A DNA stretch of 52,719 nucleotides. Source: Catajapyx aquilonaris. Lineage: Eukaryota. Of this stretch, positions 24,571 through 37,542 are shown piece after piece (positions within the stretch are counted from its first letter, which is position 1; every line of letters begins with the position of its first letter). The notes beneath the pieces are model-generated. The model worked only from the letters and a program-made list of their open reading frames with translations. It was not told the DNA's origin and did not search any database. A program made the position numbers and the translations under genes. The stretch is from positions 1-52,719 of the forward strand of contig JYFJ02002688.1 of the NCBI GenBank assembly GCA_000934665.2. The letters are read 5' to 3'.

Positions 24571-26465
24571 TACACAAAGTGATCCTCTGATTGCCAACGA
24601 GATGCGACCAGCAAACTATTGAACGAAAAGAAGATCCTTTGTAATGCTTAGGGTGGTTCCTCTCTCAGAGCAGGCTGGGTATGGGATTGGCCACATTCTA
24701 TGCTCTGCACAACAGATGAACTTGCATATTCTCACAGCCCTGCAGGACTGTACTTTCCCATTATTTTAGTACAGTACCAGATGCATTCCAGAATTTTTGT
24801 CAAGGATCAAAATGATGGAAGTCTACTTCGGTTATTGCGGCATGCCGGCCACCCCTGGGTTATACCGGCATGCTGGTCAACCTCATTTTATACTGGCATG
24901 CCGCTTTAAGTGAGGTAATATGGTTATAGGTTTGGTTACTCAGCCAAATTGGGTATTGAACTCAGTACCCTTTGTGATGATTATTTAGACACCGGAGAGA
25001 TAAGTACACCAAGGTCTGATTGGGAGATTGGGAGGTCAATATACACTTGATTACATGTGACATATTCCCTCATTACAAGATAACATAATATTCAAAATAA
25101 TCCCATGAAACTTATTTATAGCAATTATTGTTCTGCTCTATAAATGGTTTCAGTAACATGCAAAAATTGCAGTAAAGGACAAATTCATGCTATGTGCAAG
25201 GTATTTCTTAGCAGTGGGCCATCATGCCACCAGTGCCTCGTTACTGTTTGGTCTCTCAATATTTCTCATCCATTCCAATAAGTCTATATGTGTAAGGATA
25301 AGAAACATCAAGAGACCAAATCGTAACACGATCAAGATGAGAGATTATTAGTCAAGTTTCCTATGGGACAGCTGCACAATGAAAATCATTGTTACCAACT
25401 GTGCAAGACTGTCAAATGCAACTCTGAGAGCATGAAGTTTCATTATTTAAGTTAATATCACCTCCCCAAGTTATTACATGAACACTTTCTTGCAGGTGAC
25501 CTTGTCAACCATTTTGTAGTCAGTCTATGTAAATGCAAGCAATACTGTATATTTGCTCTGTAGTAATTGGTACAAAATGCAAGAGAAAATGTCACTCGGA
25601 TGATTCTGCCACACACATTTCACTGGAATCGATTCACTGGAATAGATCAAAATGGACATGGCACAAAACACATGCCTGTCCAGAGTACTTGTTCCATAGA
25701 AAGTGTTTTATGGCAGTCGTCACAAGTCAAACACCTTCGATAAGTACACTGCTTTCACAAACTGTTGTGTCACCTGGGTTATGAGGTACCAGAGTCCCTT
25801 TGCTTGAAATCAAATGCTCCTCTTCCCACGTCTGCCACTTGCATCACACAAACAACATCACCAACTGCTGAATCCGATACGTGTGGAACGTCCTGCCCCT
25901 TCCCATACTTTTCTCCAACAACTGCAGCTTCTTCATCCCACGACAAGGGACGGAACTGACATCTGAAAAACCAATATTAAATTAGTGATAAGTGGACTAC
26001 TTACAATTATTAAGCCAGTGATCTACAACATAGTGTGTTCGAAATGTTCAGGTCATATAAGTCAATCCAGCATTTTTGTTGCACCATGATTTAGGTGCCC
26101 AATTTTTTTGCAGCTGCTACATTGTACCATACTCCAGAATAATTTGGCACCTCGAACGGAACAGGCTGCAGACAGTTGAACTTACTGAAATTACATTGCT
26201 TCCATTGTCTGTAATATTCGAAAGAGCTTACCCGGCGTCACAAAGGCTTCCGATGTCTCTAACCGATCTTTCCGAAGCATTATCAGTCGGAGCTCAACCC
26301 AGCAACAGGTTTGACCAAAATGACCCCCGCGGTAGCGGCGAAGGTCGGTACGTCAAATGTGATTGCGAAGAGCACGTCTCGGCACGTCTGCACGTGTCCA
26401 ATTTGGGTGGGTACCTGGCGCCACTAACTTGAACTTCACTGGCGGACAAAAGCTGAACTATGCGA

Positions 26466-26484
26466 CAGTGCTGCCATCTACCGC
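26466..26484 (-). promoter_or_regulatory. CGGTAGATGGCAGCACTG motif (CTCF-like / insect promoter Motif-1-like)
   Basis: Close to the CTCF core consensus; lies between the Crz polyA region and the CpG-rich start of the putative minus-strand transcript. Confidence 0.4.
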
Positions 26485-26972
26485 CAACTTAAAAAAACGA
26501 GTACAGCAAGACAACACTGTACAGTACCGTATTGTGAACCAATTTTTTTAAATAGAAAAAGTTGCCATTACAGGATGAAAATTTTACGTTCGTTTGTTGC
26601 CACACGTACTCGCTGCACCGGGCTTCACCAAAACCTCAGATGAAACCGCGACGACAGAGCTAGCAGAAAAAAAAATGTATTGAGAGCAAAATGTACAATG
26701 GCAGAAGTACACTGGCATTTTATTATAATAATACACAGCAACATAGACAAGTGAACAGGACATGTAGGTCAGAATATGTTATAATTATAGGCAAACCCCC
26801 AGCCGTAAAGCGGAACAAACTAATAAATTCCCAGCCTCTGTTTTTATTAAAATAATAAATAAGTGCGCCGCATTTATTCCACACTAGTCCTACTCTAAAA
26901 GTTGGCAAAAAAAAAATGCACGTTGTATAATTCGGCATGTATGCGTGTCGTCAGAAAGGACCACCATTGAGG

Positions 26973-27080
26973 TTAGACGTCATCGACGTCTTCCCAGTCG
27001 ACGAAAGACGACGGCACGGACTGCAGGTTCAGAAGCATTTTCCTAAGACCATTCTGAAGCTGGTCCATCTTCTGCACGTC
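26973..27080 (-). CDS. Crz: Corazonin precursor, coding exon 2 (DVQKMDQLQNGLRKMLLNLQSVPSSFVDWEDVDDV*); precursor 126 aa
   Basis: 62-nt phase-0 intron 27142-27081 (GTAATT...CCCATAG); in-frame stop TAA at 26975-26973; minus-strand AATAAA downstream (e.g. 26724-26719). Confidence 0.85.
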   Translation of the reverse strand, partial: DVQKMDQLQNGLRKMLLNLQSVPSSFVDWEDVDDV

Positions 27081-27142
27081 CTATGGGAGTTTAAATATTA
27101 TTTATTTTTTTAAAAAAAATAGTTTGAATGGGTGTTAATTAC

Positions 27143-27415
27143 CTTGAGCCTGGAACCCATGATGGACTTGTAGCGCTGGTAAGAGTCTGCAGGAGAGGAT
27201 GAGGCCAGGTCCGAGTCTGTTCCCGAGGGAGACTGTGGGAGAGGGCCGAATGGGAATAATGTGCTGGTCCTGCTGGCCCCCGGGCCGGCGTCGGCCCTCT
27301 TCCGCCCGTTGGTCCAGCCCCGGCTGTACTGGAAGGTCTGGCTCTGGACGAAGCTGATGACCGTGGACATCACTAGAAACACCAGGATCGCCACTGGCAC
27401 CTGACGGGGACTCAT
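27143..27415 (-). CDS. Crz: Corazonin precursor, coding exon 1: signal peptide + QTFQYSRGWTN-GRKR + start of precursor-related peptide
   Basis: MSPRQVPVAILVFLVMSTVISFVQS (hydrophobic signal) followed directly by [Arg7]-corazonin (27340-27308), amidation Gly and RKR cleavage site; acceptor TTTCCAG gives exon start 27446; donor AAG|GTAATT after 27143. Confidence 0.97.
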
Positions 27416-27642
27416 GGCCTTCAATATCCAGCGGGTTAGCGGGTCTCTGGAAATATAAATTGCAGCAAGATAATTCATCCTGCTTTTATGTCACCGCATG
27501 TCATTCAGTGATATACGTAATTAATTAAAATAAATAAATTCATATCCACCAAGTCCAAAAAAACGAGTTTCTAGATAATGAAGTATGAAGGCAAATAATA
27601 ATTGACCCTGCAGTTGCACCCATGCTATATGAGGGGTCTCAG

Positions 27643-27854
27643 ATCAAAGGCGGCTAAGTCCCCCCCAAAAAACGGGTCGTAAAATGAGCAAAACTTTCAG
27701 TGGTACAATCTTGTAACTTTTTGCGTCCATGTGTTGCCATGGCTTAGCTATATACGCAAAATAATGTGCAATTAATACCCAATGACATTAAAATACATTA
27801 TTGCTGGACGTATTTGTGTTATACCCCCCAAAAATGGACTTAGCCGCCTTTGAT
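27643..27854. mobile_element. MITE in the Crz 5' intron
   Basis: TIRs ATCAAAGGCGGCTAAGTCC ... GGACTTAGCCGCCTTTGAT. Confidence 0.75.
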
Positions 27855-29381
27855 ATAGTGATGACAGAAAATTATAGATTCCTGCAGCTGTTTCATTATG
27901 AATCTTTGGGCTAAATGGACTTCACCAGACGATAGGGCCAGAAAAATGATACTTGGTGATGCAAATAACTTGGTATATACTTGTATGCTGTTAGAGTCAT
28001 TTTATTATGAACTAACAGTAATAGGCTAATCAGTGAATGACTATACAGGGATGAAAATAGACGCATAAAAACAATAGTAGGCTACCACTGAAACATGAAT
28101 GCACAAATATTTTTATAAGACGATGATCCTTGTTGAGATATGTTATACGTCACACGATTGGTGCAATTAAGACGTCACAGGCTTACTGGGCATGTTTGTG
28201 GACATTCTATGTTCACGTCGCGTCGCTTCAGTTTATAGCATCCAGGTGGGGGGCGTTATAGGCTTACAGCTATTGAAGAATTCCCGCGGAAAACGTTACC
28301 TGGATGCTCGGATTACCACCTTTTTGCAAAAAAAAAAAAAAAAAAACGCAGTAGTTTGTGTTCCCAAAAGGATGTTGGCGCAATAATTCTCAGTTTCGCA
28401 TTACCGCAGCGAAAATCCGATTAAGTGGCAAAATCATCCACCTGTTGCAGAACTTGTCAGACTCAATGCGACGTACACCTCTGACAATGTATCAAGTTTC
28501 GTCTGGCGGAAGTATGACTTGTTTACACAATCGCTGTTTATAGCTAGAGCCCCCCATATACAGCCCTTAGTAGAGAATTAAATATACTGAAAATATTCGG
28601 CTCGCATTTACAGCAGTATGTATAGGTTCGTCCTCAGCTAGACGCAGCATAATAAGACTTGATTTGAACCACCCCGTAATTCCGCTGAATTAACCATTAC
28701 TGCCTATTAATCCGTGCTTGTAATTAAAGCAATCCCCCCCTCCCTAGTTGCGAAATGAACGTGTGAGAAGCGCGAAGAACGCGTCGGAGTAATAATTGGT
28801 TTGTCTGCCACTGACTTGTAAGCGCTATTCCGACACCCCCGGTTCATATATACCCACTTGATTATCCGGAAACAAGTGATAATTACTGCGTTAAAATTGT
28901 GCAGGTGGTCCTGCTCCCAGCATTTGTCCTGTTTTTCTCCTCCAACACTATATATTTCCTAAGAGCGAAAATAACACCCGTGTACTTGTGAAACGGGGTT
29001 TTAGGATGAACAAAAGCTGGTAGTGGTGCGATTAGGACCGGATTTTAGCCGGAGCATTATTGGCAAAACCAGTTTACATGATTTTTACGCGCGGTTTACA
29101 ATGCGGCTATTGTTGGTTGCAGTCAGGATTACTGCTTATCCTGGACACGTGAAGGTTAGCTTATATTGTTGCATAGCTTGATTCTGCTGCATAGGCTCGG
29201 CCTGATGTTATTGTAACGGATTTTTATCTGATGTCATGCAGGATCTTCTTGTGCAACAGGTGGACGCGTGACGTGTGCATGTGAGGAGTGTCGCGTGTAT
29301 TTAGTGTGTGTCGCACTACTTATAGGTCACATCGGTGCATAAGAATAATGAGCTATTACATACTGTGGTGCGCACACACAT

Positions 29382-29599
29382 GAAGACCTGAAATGCAGAA
29401 CGATCAGTCACATTTTGATGGAAACTGAGCCATTTCAAAAATGTAATCCTCCAAGGGTAGGCTACTTTCTGAAGGTATGAGTTTTCTTAGTATAAAGAAA
29501 TTACCTCTCCATATAAATATTATGAGAAATTATTCATATAGGCCCTATAATACATAATATGCAGTTTTCAAATCTGATCGTTTTGCATTTCAGATCTTC
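29382..29599. mobile_element. MITE-like element with 26-bp imperfect TIRs
   Basis: GAAGACCTGAAATGCAGAACGATCAG ... CTGATCGTTTTGCATTTCAGATCTTC. Confidence 0.6.
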
Positions 29600-30055
29600 G
29601 AGATATGATCATATATGATTGTTTGGATGTCCAGGAAGTTCAAAACGTATATATGCGATGAAATGGTGTAAACTTTGCTGAAAATGCGGAGCGTGGAAGG
29701 GTATTCAGCGGCAACTATTTTGCTTTCATAATGAAGACAAATATTGTTTGACTGCAATGGATGCCAGAATTTACTGCCACAGGCCTACAACATAGTGAAC
29801 TTTGCAAAGGGACGGAGATGATCCCCTTAGAGGAGAAATAATTATGGATAGTACAGTGCGCCTCAGTAACTGACCAGCAAAATAAAAACAACAACGGCCC
29901 TGCCAGTTGATTACGACTGGTTGCTGGATTGAACAATCCGTTGAACTGTGTACCTCGGCATTACAGAGAAAGTAACAGCCATAAGTAGTTTCGGACCTAT
30001 TTCATGAAGCTATAATTATACTCGTGGAATATGTGATCAGCTAAGGACTATTTGA

Positions 30056-30294
30056 CCCTGGAACCGTGACGTGGGGTCTTTTAGGACCCCACAGGAATTA
30101 AAATGCATTAAAATGATAATTACAATGAACTTTTGCCATTTTTAAAATGTAACAGGAAGTGCATGTTTATCAGTTTTGAATTAGCGATCATTTTAGGCAT
30201 TGCGCAAAGAATGACTGCATAATTATAGTCAATACATTGAAAAGTATTATTTAAAAATTAATACAAATTAAAATATGGATCCGTCACGGTTCCA
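30056..30294. mobile_element. Degenerate MITE (possibly piggyBac-like)
   Basis: GGAACCGTGACG ... CGTCACGGTTCC inverted pair, CCCT start and GGGGTC/GACCCC subterminal hairpin; no clean TSD. Confidence 0.45.
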
Positions 30295-33209
30295 CCCGAA
30301 TTGCTGACATTTTTGCTAGTATACGTAAGTGACTGTTATTTGGCTCGGAAAAATTATTACTGTATATACTTATTACACTGCTGTGCAATGCATTGTTTCA
30401 AGTTATTTGCTGCCGGAAAATTATTCCTCTTTCACGACGCTGAGGCTGAATTCCTGAGAGAACTACTTAAATTTTGATTTGTATACATTATATTAGTTCA
30501 CTGTCTTGATTAAGTGGTTTATCATATAATTACGGAAAAATGTGATCAGTGATATTGATTCTATAGGCATAACTTATTTATAAAAAACTAAGCCGTGCAA
30601 TTATATCGTCTGAGTTTAAGTCGTATTCTGCAAGGTAAAAACTAGCATAACTGATGGGATTTTAAATAATAATTTCGAGTGATGGTCACTGGTCAGGCTA
30701 TGTATATAGCATACCAGATGCTTGAACATGATTTTTCCGGTACACTGCGTATGTTGTACATGGACTTACGCAATTTACCATCATTCATTGTGGCAAAAAG
30801 GAAATATTATACACAATGCATCAAGCTTTCCTGTATGTACATTGTGTTTTGCCTAATAATATTTTGTAGACTAAGAAGCAACCCGCTTGTTTGCACCCCG
30901 AAAGCATTTGAATAATACCGTGTGCCCGAGGGTTGAGCGGAAATAAGTCGGCTATAGGCGTACCCTGTATACGTAGGTTCAGTATGCAGTAAAAGCTAGC
31001 ATGTTATGCCTAAAGGTTAGTATTTACTTATATCTGGCTTGTATACCTGTGCTAGTAAATTTTACGTTGGTTTAAGAGGATACCGTATATGCTATACAAC
31101 AATAAATGGTCCTAATCCGCACATAGTTGTAAGTTGTCTAAATTGCACCTAATAAACTTCTCATCCAGTAGATGTGTCGACTCACATGCCAGAGAGTCAC
31201 ATGAAATGAAACTTTCATGCTAGAAATTGCCCGTACATGGGATTTCTTTCACAATATCTTCATGAGCACATATAGCATTTCTTGTATTAACAACAACAGA
31301 ATAAGGCCTTAATTGTTCCTCCGTTAAATCTGTTTGATGTAAAAACATGCCCGTCTTTGTAAGACCGATCGAGTTCAAAATGCGGCGCACAAATAGGATT
31401 GTTGGAAATTGTTTCCGTGAACCTCCTCGCTCATTTTTTTTCTTCTTCCTTTTCCTCTCGCAAGTGCTCTGTTTGCCTCCCGAATTGGAAGTGCGACCTT
31501 TCATCATCTCGATCACTCGGAACTCCGATGCAAACCGTTTTAACTCCTGGTGTCCATTAAGTTAAAGCCTCCCACTTAATTGCAACCTTCCTAACAAAAT
31601 TAAGCTTCTGACCCTTGGAGAGGGTTCTTCAACGACGCAATTTTACCAAAAAGTTCGGGTTTAGTTTATGACCAAGATGTCACCAAAAGTATGTAAGAGG
31701 TTATGAGTGGACAAGAGTACTTACATTGCTGGATGACTACACGGAGCGATGGTGGTGAATGGTCTGGTATAATTTGCAGCACTGGTCCTGGTAACTCTCG
31801 AAGCCCGGATTCTTATATGTTCTGGAGCATGCTTGGAAACCCACGCAGGCTGGTCACGTGCCTCTCTTTTTTTTCATTCTCTTTTTATTTTCGAAGTAGA
31901 GAGAGGGGGGAAGGGTGTTCAAATCGGCACCTCCGCCTCTGCCTCATTGTTGCGTGCGTGCGCATTTCCGCCGCTGCCCTTTACGCCTGCGTTGCGTTGC
32001 GTTGACTCCGCGATGTCCAATCCTCTTTTTTTTTAATGTGGGCATTTTTCGTAGGCGGTCAAATCATCTCTGTCCGTCACTGATGACGCCAACATCCAGT
32101 AGCTAACTGTAATTATTGAAAGTGCATATGAATTTCTAAAAAAAAAAAAAGGTTTTTGTTTTTTGTTGCCGGCTTTTCTGATTTGAATCCGCGCGTGACA
32201 TTGAGTAAATAATGAAATAATTTTTTTGGAGAATGTCTCTGAATAGAGAATGAACCGCGTTGAATCTCAAATCTGGCCATCTGATGATGAAAACATGCAT
32301 CCTGTGTTACCTCTATACATTGTGCCCATTGGATTCATGACAATATTAACTAATAAAACCAGACGCACTCATTGTACAGAGACATTCACCGAAGGAGCGA
32401 GTCCTATAATGTGTTTTTTAACCTTTGGAGAGCACAATAATTATAATTTAAACAGTTGGTCAACAATTGAGTTCATTCCGACTCTTGTTGCGTGTGAGGG
32501 GATTTATTTTGCCATTGAAGTCGACAAGATCTGCGAACCTGTAAGCAGAATTTTGAGCAGCATGTTATGTGATATGCAGTATTACACTGTTATTCTACGA
32601 AATCAGAATAGGAATTCCAAAACAAAACAGGGCATATTATTTTTAGCCGGGATTAGAGATTTACTAAGTATATGTTACAATTGAAATATCTGGTTTAATT
32701 CATGTTAGACTAATACTTTTGATGACCATTATTAAAGAGCAGTCTATGAAAATATGCAGGTTAGTGCCATAATCTCCAACCAATGTGGATCTTAGATCTA
32801 ATACATCGTCATCGTCATATAAGCTGTATACCGTACAGTATGTATCGACTTGCTCGGTACGACGGTACTGGACATTTTTTTATTGAGTTTATATTTGACA
32901 AACCAACCTCTTGCAGCTCTCTTCAAACTTAACGTATCGCACAAGATAAATCCCTCTCGTGAATTGAAATTAAAGCACTAATTAAGTGCATCAATTAAGT
33001 GCTGAAGAGAGTAAAGAAGCTCATCAGTGAATATCCCTGAGCGAATAAGATTTTCCTGTAATGTTAGCTATATATGGCAGTGTGGGCATTTTTTTGTTTT
33101 TGTAACAAAACGCCCCTATGTCTAAATATGAATTTCGCGAAAGGTCGATGTCATTTTTATGCGCGCGGTTATCGCTATGCTAATATTATATTAAACGTTC
33201 TCAGTTATA

Positions 33210-33644
33210 CAGGGTTCGGAAATTTAATCTACCGTCGCTTTGGGAAATGACAGAGGGGTTCTAGGCGATCACTTTGAGTATATGCAACATGGGTCACCGA
33301 CGCCTAGTTACCGAGATAATTAGCATGACATAAAACGTGCATTATCCTAGCTTATACGTTTCGAATACTGCTTACGACACTTCTATCGCCTAGGACATTC
33401 ACTGATACACCTAGCGGATCGTAAATTAAAATTAAATCACATGCTAACACCTTCCATTTAAATGAAAAAGGTATAAGGTCGTGTGGAGGGACGCATACGT
33501 GCCAGGATATTTTATACCTTTTGTGTGAAGCACATTGTCTCGGTAACTATGCGTCGGAGACCCATGTTGCATATACTCGCAGAGATCGCCTGGAACCCCT
33601 CCATCATTTCCCAAAGCGACGGTAGATTAAATTTCCGAACCCGG
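33210..33644. mobile_element. Tc1/mariner-type MITE with ~110-bp TIRs
   Basis: TA-CAGGGTTCGGAAATTTAATCTACCGTCGCTTTGGGAAATGA ... TCATTTCCCAAAGCGACGGTAGATTAAATTTCCGAACCCGG-TA. Confidence 0.9.
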
Positions 33645-36412
33645 TATTTATACCGACAAACTCTTTGCGTGTGTTTCCTCCCACTCTCTGAAAACATATT
33701 ATAATTTCCTTACAATGTTGCAGAAACTTGGACTACGTAAAGGCTATACCACTTTTCTTTGATTCGTTTCTTGGTCATGATTAATATGGTACAACGGAAA
33801 GAGAATCTTCAGGACCATAACGCCTATGACCAAAACTACCCACATGTGTGGAAGTTCAAAATCGGGTTTGATAATTTTGCAATAATTGTTAACTTTAAAT
33901 TTACACAAACTTCTCTGGAAATTATTGGCTCATTTTTGTTCGTGTTTTAATTACCCTTACAAGGGCGTCATGAGGATCAGTGGCCACTAAGTGATTTGCA
34001 TTGCATTATATTCAAACATTTAAAGTTGGTTGCCTAACCTCAGGATAGAAGCGGAAAGAAAATTTATCCTGAGTCTATATCATCATCATTGATTAGTCCA
34101 TCAAAGTTTATAATATGAAAATCACATTACACTGTTTTATTGAAGGTATGCCATTTTTCGAAAGATTACAAATTAAAAGAGTGAAGGATATACAGCATTC
34201 GACCAGGTGGTTTCCTCCGATCACTGAACTTTTGCAATAATGTACTGTCCACCTGGTGCACTTTAATACAGCACTTATGGTTCACCATTCATTCCATTGC
34301 GGGACTATTATTTTGAGAGAGTATAACTGGTAGCAGAAGTCTGGCTGTTGAGTACTAGCACCTGCAGCAGGTAAAAGAAAATCTTACAAGTGCAAAGTGC
34401 AGTACTCTCTGTGATCAGATCGTATAATATTGAATTTATTAGCATAATAAAGTTATTCTTAGGCTGTTGCAGGGCTCAACACTACCAAGCAAACACACTC
34501 GCGTTAAAAACGCATTCTAATGATGAAAAAGGTTTAGAATCTGTGCGGACAATCTGTTTTACATTGAAATTACAACTGCTTTTGCACACGTGACAAAAGC
34601 AGTGATTTTTTTTGTTGCGGTCGCCACAATAAACCTGCTACGATTACCTTATTGCTCTACAAGTAGCCTATATGCACTGGAGATGGGCCACTTGACCTTT
34701 ACAGGACTTTCACTACACCCTGTTGTATGCTGGCGTACACACACAGGCTCCCCAATAATAAGATGCACAACAATGGAGGGGCTCACAGATTACGTTTTAT
34801 TGCAAGCCCGGATTTCATAGGAGCAAAGAGCGAGTGCCGATTTTATTCCTCTTTGTGAGAACTCATGAGACCACGGTATCTGTCCATTTCATGGCTCCAT
34901 GAAAAGCCCTGGATATTTTAGAGTTTTAGGGGCCTAAACACCTATAAATTGCCGGATTGCCGGCGGTGCCCTCTCTTTAATGCTTATTTCTTCCTCTCGT
35001 GACGACTGGAAGGGGGAACATTTCAATTTCCAACAACCGGGGCCCTATTTTAGCTGGTTAATCATTGGACTGCCGATTGTGCAGAGCAAATTACACTTGG
35101 CAGTTTCTGAACTAGTTTTGCCCTTCGGCTCCTTCACTGCACTAAATACACCACAATCTGTGAATAACATAGTGCTGAAAATATAATAAATTGACGTAAT
35201 AATTATTATCACGACGTTCAGACAATAAATAGACTCAAGTTGGCTCAACCGAAGTACATATAAAGAGAGAATGATATTCATTGGAGAACGTACACGAATT
35301 TATTGCCATTATTGTACTTGATGACTGTCCTTGATGTGTGGCAGTTATTTTTATAGATTGCATGATGCACGCACTGCATATCCCTTGGTCCTGTGTGTTA
35401 TATAGGCCTGTGGTATTCAGGAGGAAAGCTATTGTTCATATGCAAGTAACAGTTGTGGCGCGGATTGCCATATGAAAGCTGCTATTATTGTATGCAACTG
35501 TATTATAGATATAATTGTACTGTTGCCACCTTGCTTCAGTTATATTGGACCTCTTCATACTGTACACACTCTTGCAGGCATGAAAATTGTCGAAGGCCTG
35601 GTTGCCTCAGAGCAAATTATGAAGACTTTCCCTAATTATTTTAATTGTCTAGCAGAGATAAATCGATACTATTGGAACAACCGTTTTATAGCTAAACACT
35701 TATATTATTGGAGAATTTTGCGTCAGTCATCAGGGAAGTTTTACCGACACTTAAACCTATTCCAACAGAGTGCAGTGGACCTCTTTTAGTCGGTCTGGAG
35801 GTTTGCACAAGCGACAGTATAATTCACAAGTTAAATGCGGCTAAATGTGCTTAGCTGTAACTCTAATTTTCAGGTTCAGTTTGTAATGAATTCAATCATA
35901 TTTCTAGTTAAGTAAAACGTTATCCCAATTGCCATGATTTCATTTTTTTGTATATATACGGTACACGTATTTATCATACCTTCAATAATATTGTCAGAGA
36001 ATTTCTTCCCATGAGAAGAAACTCTCTCGACTTCGGAGAAAGCTAATGACAATTAGGCGGTTGGAAGTCACGTCCCTATATTAGCTCTGACGTATGGTTT
36101 TATTAGGGTAGAGAAGTGGTTTTCTATATTATGGGAAATGGCCGACCACATGTGTCAGGTGCAATGCCACGTTCCAGGTTGGTTCGGTGTGAGTCGGAAG
36201 CCATGAGACATGGAAGAGGAATATAATAGGCGGGGAAACATATTTTGGAGAACGATTGGTAGTGTGAGAAACTCAATAAAACGCACGCTGATAAGCCCAT
36301 CAAAACTATCCACACGAGCAAATCCTAAATGTAGCCTACACTACGCTAATCGAACTCTGACATTAACCATTGCACCACCGTATAAATTCTGTAACACATA
36401 TTTCTTTTCTTT

Positions 36413-36710
36413 TTCTTTAATACTATTCATATTCTTTCACATATTTCTTAAATACTTCACTATTCATATTTCACATTCTTTAATAGGCCTACCGGTACTT
36501 CACTATTCGTATTTCACATTCTTTAATACTTCACTATTCGTATTTCGCATTCTTTAATACTTCACTATTCGTATTTCACATTCTTTAATACTTCACTATT
36601 CATATCATTTCACATTCTTTAATACTTCACTATTCATATTATTTCACATTCTTTAATACTTCACTATTCATATTCTTTCACATTTTATAATAATACTCAT
36701 ACATTCTTTA
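36413..36710. repeat. AT-rich minisatellite, 31-34-bp unit
   Basis: Unit TTTCACATTCTTTAATACTTCACTATTC(G/A)TA repeated roughly 8-9 times head to tail. Confidence 0.9.
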
Positions 36711-37049
36711 ATTGTTTAATAGGATACTATAGTGTTCGTACCATATTCTACTCATTAGTAAAAATTATCACGACGATTTATTCACGAAAGATATTAAATA
36801 AAGCAACATTTGCACCCACATTGCTGGGATTAGAGACAATGATCTGTCCTTCCAATGTAAGACATTTCAGCACATTTCATTATAACAATGACGTTGACAT
36901 CACCAGACTATACGAAGACTCTAATCATTCAGGGTGCCCAAGGATCGAGGCGGTATCAAAGCAGGTTGCTTCACTTCAATGGTTTCTGAGGTCTTTGGTT
37001 ATTAAATTTTTGCTGTGCTGTGTTTCAACGAGCTGAGGCTGGATCTTCT

Positions 37050-37330
37050 GGTGCAAAAGTGGCGCGTTGCATTGTGGTGTAGCCAGGGGGTAATGGGCGA
37101 GGTTTTTCCCCCATCGAGAGGTGGCGCCTCCGTCGGCGTCTCCCACCCCATCTGGCGTCCCCTTTCTCTCACCCTCACCACACAACACCAGCTCTCTCTC
37201 TGTCTGTGTCTCTCTATCCTTCCCTAGTCCCTGCCCTACTATACATACATACACACACACACTCTCCGCATCTCGGGCGGGGGAGACTCTCTCTCTGTGT
37301 AATAAGTAACGGTGCTTCTCAAACAAAACT
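37050..37330 (+). promoter_or_regulatory. Probable promoter/5' region of lst2
   Basis: GC/CpG-richer patch, CTCF-like AGAGGTGGCGCC (~37097-37108), CT/CA repeats (GAGA-like) just upstream of the first coding exon. Confidence 0.4.
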
Positions 37331-37542
37331 ATGCAGCTGTTTGGTGGTGTGACTCTGTGACAAAAACCCACGTAGATTTCCTCTTCTATGCACGTTTTGT
37401 TAGAAGGAGGAGAACAGTGATGTACAGTGCTGGGCTGGACTTCTTGTGACCCGAATTTTGTTTTGTGGGGGACGCGTCCAAGGAAGACCCGAAACCTGCA
37501 GAATAAGAAGAAGGGGACGCCGCGCCTTTCATTCCACGAGAC

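Larger units (their letters stand above)
17352..26400 (-). ncRNA. Putative spliced minus-strand transcript without a continuous ORF (lncRNA or decayed gene)
   Basis: Candidate exons with canonical signals: >=26232 (|GTAAGC), 25962-25774 (TTTCAG / GTGACA), 19984-19753 (CACAG / GTAAGT), 17556-17391 or 17352 (TTACAG / GTAGGC or GTGAGG); CpG-rich start region at 26.2-26.5 kb. Confidence 0.35.

Noticed and set aside
27416..27478. ORF-track N-terminus MNYLAAIYISRDPLTRWILKA for corazonin
   Set aside because: It crosses a splice acceptor at 27446/27447; the Met at 27415 gives a normal 25-aa signal peptide.
36413..36710. CRISPR-like array of ~31-bp repeats
   Set aside because: Units are contiguous with no unique spacers, there are no cas genes and the context is eukaryotic; it is a minisatellite.
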